A stretch of DNA of 25,175 bases from positions 1-25,175 of IMG/VR virus record IMGVR_UViG_3300032233_001715; one strand, written 5' to 3'. This stretch comes from a virus. Lineage: Duplodnaviria > Caudoviricetes. Of the stretch, positions 23,469 through 25,175 are shown piece after piece (the stretch's first letter is position 1; every line of letters starts with the position of its first letter). Below the pieces are notes generated by a model, which did not search any database, was not told where the DNA came from, and saw only the letters and a list, made by a program, of their open reading frames with translations. Made by a program: the position numbers and the translations under genes.

Positions 23469-24131
23469 ATGAGCAAGAGCAACAGCCCAAGACCAAATAC
23501 TAACGCACCACTTGGCATGAAGGCCGCACCTGGACCTGCAGCCAATAAAGCCGTAGTAAAGGTAACCGACAATACTGACGGTTGGGCGGCAGTTGCAAAT
23601 ATTCCTGTACCTCCCGCAGCAGAAAGTCGCAGCTTTAAAAGACCATTAGGGCTTGGCCCGGTACTGGTCAATGGGGGCGTTGTCCCTATCCCTGCTACAC
23701 CTGATGAGGAGCCAAAGGAAAAGCCAAAGGTCGAACAACCTGCAAAGAGCCTTGGGGGGAACTCCACCCCCCAAGGCCTTTCTTTTACCCCTCAGGCTAA
23801 AGAAATTCCGAAGCCTGCAAAAATGACTACCGTTGAACTTGATTGGTACGGGGCTAAGCTTTCTCTGAACTGCCTCAATGCTATTTATCAACCTGTAAAT
23901 GTTGGTCGAGGCAATCAAAGCTGGTTAATGTTGGAAATGCCTTTAGACGAAAAAACAGGCAATCCACCATGGATTCCACCTATCGCAGAACTGCAGGAAG
24001 ATGGTAGAATATCTGTACCAGAATTCAAATGTAAGGTAAATGGCATTGCCCTACGATGCCAGATACTAAACATAGAACTGTTTGACGAGGCTAACAAAAA
24101 GTACGTGGTAGTGTTCAGGGCAGTAGAATAA
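23469..24131 (+). CDS. Hypothetical protein with a Pro-rich N-terminal half
   Basis: 220 aa; low-complexity N half and a beta-like C half. Confidence 0.75.
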   Translation: MSKSNSPRPNTNAPLGMKAAPGPAANKAVVKVTDNTDGWAAVANIPVPPAAESRSFKRPLGLGPVLVNGGVVPIPATPDEEPKEKPKVEQPAKSLGGNSTPQGLSFTPQAKEIPKPAKMTTVELDWYGAKLSLNCLNAIYQPVNVGRGNQSWLMLEMPLDEKTGNPPWIPPIAELQEDGRISVPEFKCKVNGIALRCQILNIELFDEANKKYVVVFRAVE

Positions 24132-24133
24132 AC

Positions 24134-24210
24134 AATATTATTTGCTAAAAAATTGTAAGTTATAAACTAGCGAATAATATTAAAACTTCAAACAACTTTC
24201 TTTAAATACT
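24134..24210 (+). promoter_or_regulatory. AT-rich intergenic region with a 14-bp inverted repeat and promoter-like elements
   Basis: AATATTATTTGCTA (24134-24147) / TAGCGAATAATATT (24168-24181); TTGTAA-N16-TAATAT; TTTAAATACT immediately before ATG 24211. Confidence 0.5.
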
Positions 24211-24381
24211 ATGTCAGATCCAGAGTTCATCAAAAAAGGTGTGGTTGAGCAGGAGACAGAAACGCAGCCTGTAAAGACTGCCTCTGACGAAGTCTTTGAA
24301 AAGGTGAAGGCTTGCTCCCCCACTTGTCGTTGTAATTGCAAAACAAGGCAACAGGAGAACCGTAATGAACAAAGTAAATAG
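24211..24381 (+). CDS. Small Cys-cluster protein (56 aa)
   Basis: MSDPEFIKKGVVEQETETQPVKTASDEVFEKVKACSPTCRCNCKTRQQENRNEQSK*, translated by hand; below the ORF-track cutoff. Confidence 0.6.
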   Translation: MSDPEFIKKGVVEQETETQPVKTASDEVFEKVKACSPTCRCNCKTRQQENRNEQSK

Positions 24382-24697
24382 CATTCAGGAAGCTATTCCT
24401 GTACTAGTCATGGCGGTAGTTAATGGGGATCTTCCTACGGTAAATGCACTGTTGGACAAGTTTCCAAAACTGGCTGAGCTTAGAGATAAACGTGGTCGTA
24501 CGTTGCTTATGATGGCGGCGTATCTTAGCGACCCCGCCATAATGAACTACTTGGTATCCTTTTACGTCATTGCCAATCCGAGCATTGATCCCAACGTGGA
24601 AGATGAGGATGGGCTTAACGCACACGACTGGGCAGTGCTTGGCGGCAATGAGTTTAGTAGAAGCCTGCTGATCAAGGTAATGGATACAGAGGAATAA
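24365..24697 (+). CDS. Ankyrin-repeat protein
   Basis: LVMAVVNGDLPTVNALL, DKRGRTLLMMAA, DPNVEDEDGLNAHDWA: about three ankyrin repeats; SD AGGAG. Confidence 0.88.
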   Translation: MNKVNSIQEAIPVLVMAVVNGDLPTVNALLDKFPKLAELRDKRGRTLLMMAAYLSDPAIMNYLVSFYVIANPSIDPNVEDEDGLNAHDWAVLGGNEFSRSLLIKVMDTEE

Positions 24698-24698
24698 T

Positions 24699-25175
24699 AT
24701 GCCAGACTTTTCTTCGTCAGCCCCACAAATGTCCGCTCGACGGTCTCTGTCGCACGCAGAGCACGTCCCAAGTCCGTTCCTGGACTATGCTTCGCTGCAC
24801 CTTCCCACCAATCTCAACGAAGCGTTTGAGATTGCCGAGACGATGTACTACAGCAATAGAACGTTTGCCCAGGCTATTGAGTACGTAGTTTCGTACTTCA
24901 CCGGCACGGATATCAATCTATTGGCTGACGACGAAGAAAAGGCCAATCAGTACAAGAAGTTTCTAATTGAAAAGCTGGATCTTAAATCCTTGCTGTTCAT
25001 GATTGGTAGGGATGTAAAGGTATACGGCAATAGCTGTATTTCCGTATTGGCTCCATTCAAGCGCTTTCTGACTTGTGATAAGTGCGGAGCCAGCAGACCA
25101 ATTCAAAGCGTGGATTACAAGTTTACGCTGAACCATGGATTCAGTTTTACTTGCGGTAGCTGCAATAAGCACACC
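24699..25175 (+). CDS. Probable portal protein, 3'-truncated, with a CxxC-x22-CxxC insertion
   Basis: Open from ATG 24699 to the window end: MPDFSSS...PSPFLDYASLHLP...YYSNRTFAQAIEYVVSYFT...LKSLLFMIGRDVKVYGNSCISV...CDKC...CGSC. The helix followed by D..VYGN.h.h is typical of portal N-terminal regions. The ORF is clear; the portal call is moderate. Confidence 0.65.
   Translation, partial: MPDFSSSAPQMSARRSLSHAEHVPSPFLDYASLHLPTNLNEAFEIAETMYYSNRTFAQAIEYVVSYFTGTDINLLADDEEKANQYKKFLIEKLDLKSLLFMIGRDVKVYGNSCISVLAPFKRFLTCDKCGASRPIQSVDYKFTLNHGFSFTCGSCNKHT

Noticed and set aside
1322-25172. The other minus-strand ORFs and short out-of-frame + strand ORFs in the track
   Set aside because: They lie over better-supported + strand genes with coupled starts and stops, and they show no recognisable motifs.
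1-25175. Stop-codon recoding as seen in some large phages
   Set aside because: TAG (6281, 9875, 13260, 17685), TGA and TAA all end genes at sensible boundaries, and coding density is high under the standard code.
1-25175. tRNA genes, CRISPR array, diversity-generating retroelement, integrase or transposase
   Set aside because: Intergenic gaps are short. No cloverleaf, no regularly spaced repeats, no reverse transcriptase and no near-identical template/variable repeat pair were seen.

Overview
A 25 kb segment of what appears to be a large dsDNA tailed phage genome. It is densely packed, all credible genes are on the + strand, and the standard code is used (TAA, TAG and TGA all end genes). In order it holds: a recombination block (Pro/Ala-tailed protein, divergent RecA/UvsX, possible degenerate Hjc-like protein); nucleotide metabolism genes (DUF5664-type dNTP diphosphohydrolase, ThyX, class II B12-dependent ribonucleotide reductase); a motif-eroded ThiF/E1-like protein; an isolated tail-fibre-like gene; a stand-alone GroES; a RuvC-like resolvase; an XRE-HTH/AAA+ ATPase/metallopeptidase-VWA block; an ankyrin protein; and the start of a probable portal gene with a CxxC...CxxC insertion. 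The most unusual points are several enzyme-like folds that seem to have lost catalytic motifs (ThiF, Hjc-like, HUH-Rep-like, RecA P-loop), a recurring intergenic motif CYTAAATNNGKTAAA, and a structured ~75-nt element bounded by that motif and a terminator. All family assignments come from reading motifs by eye; no database search was run. No tRNA, rRNA, CRISPR array or intact mobile element was seen.
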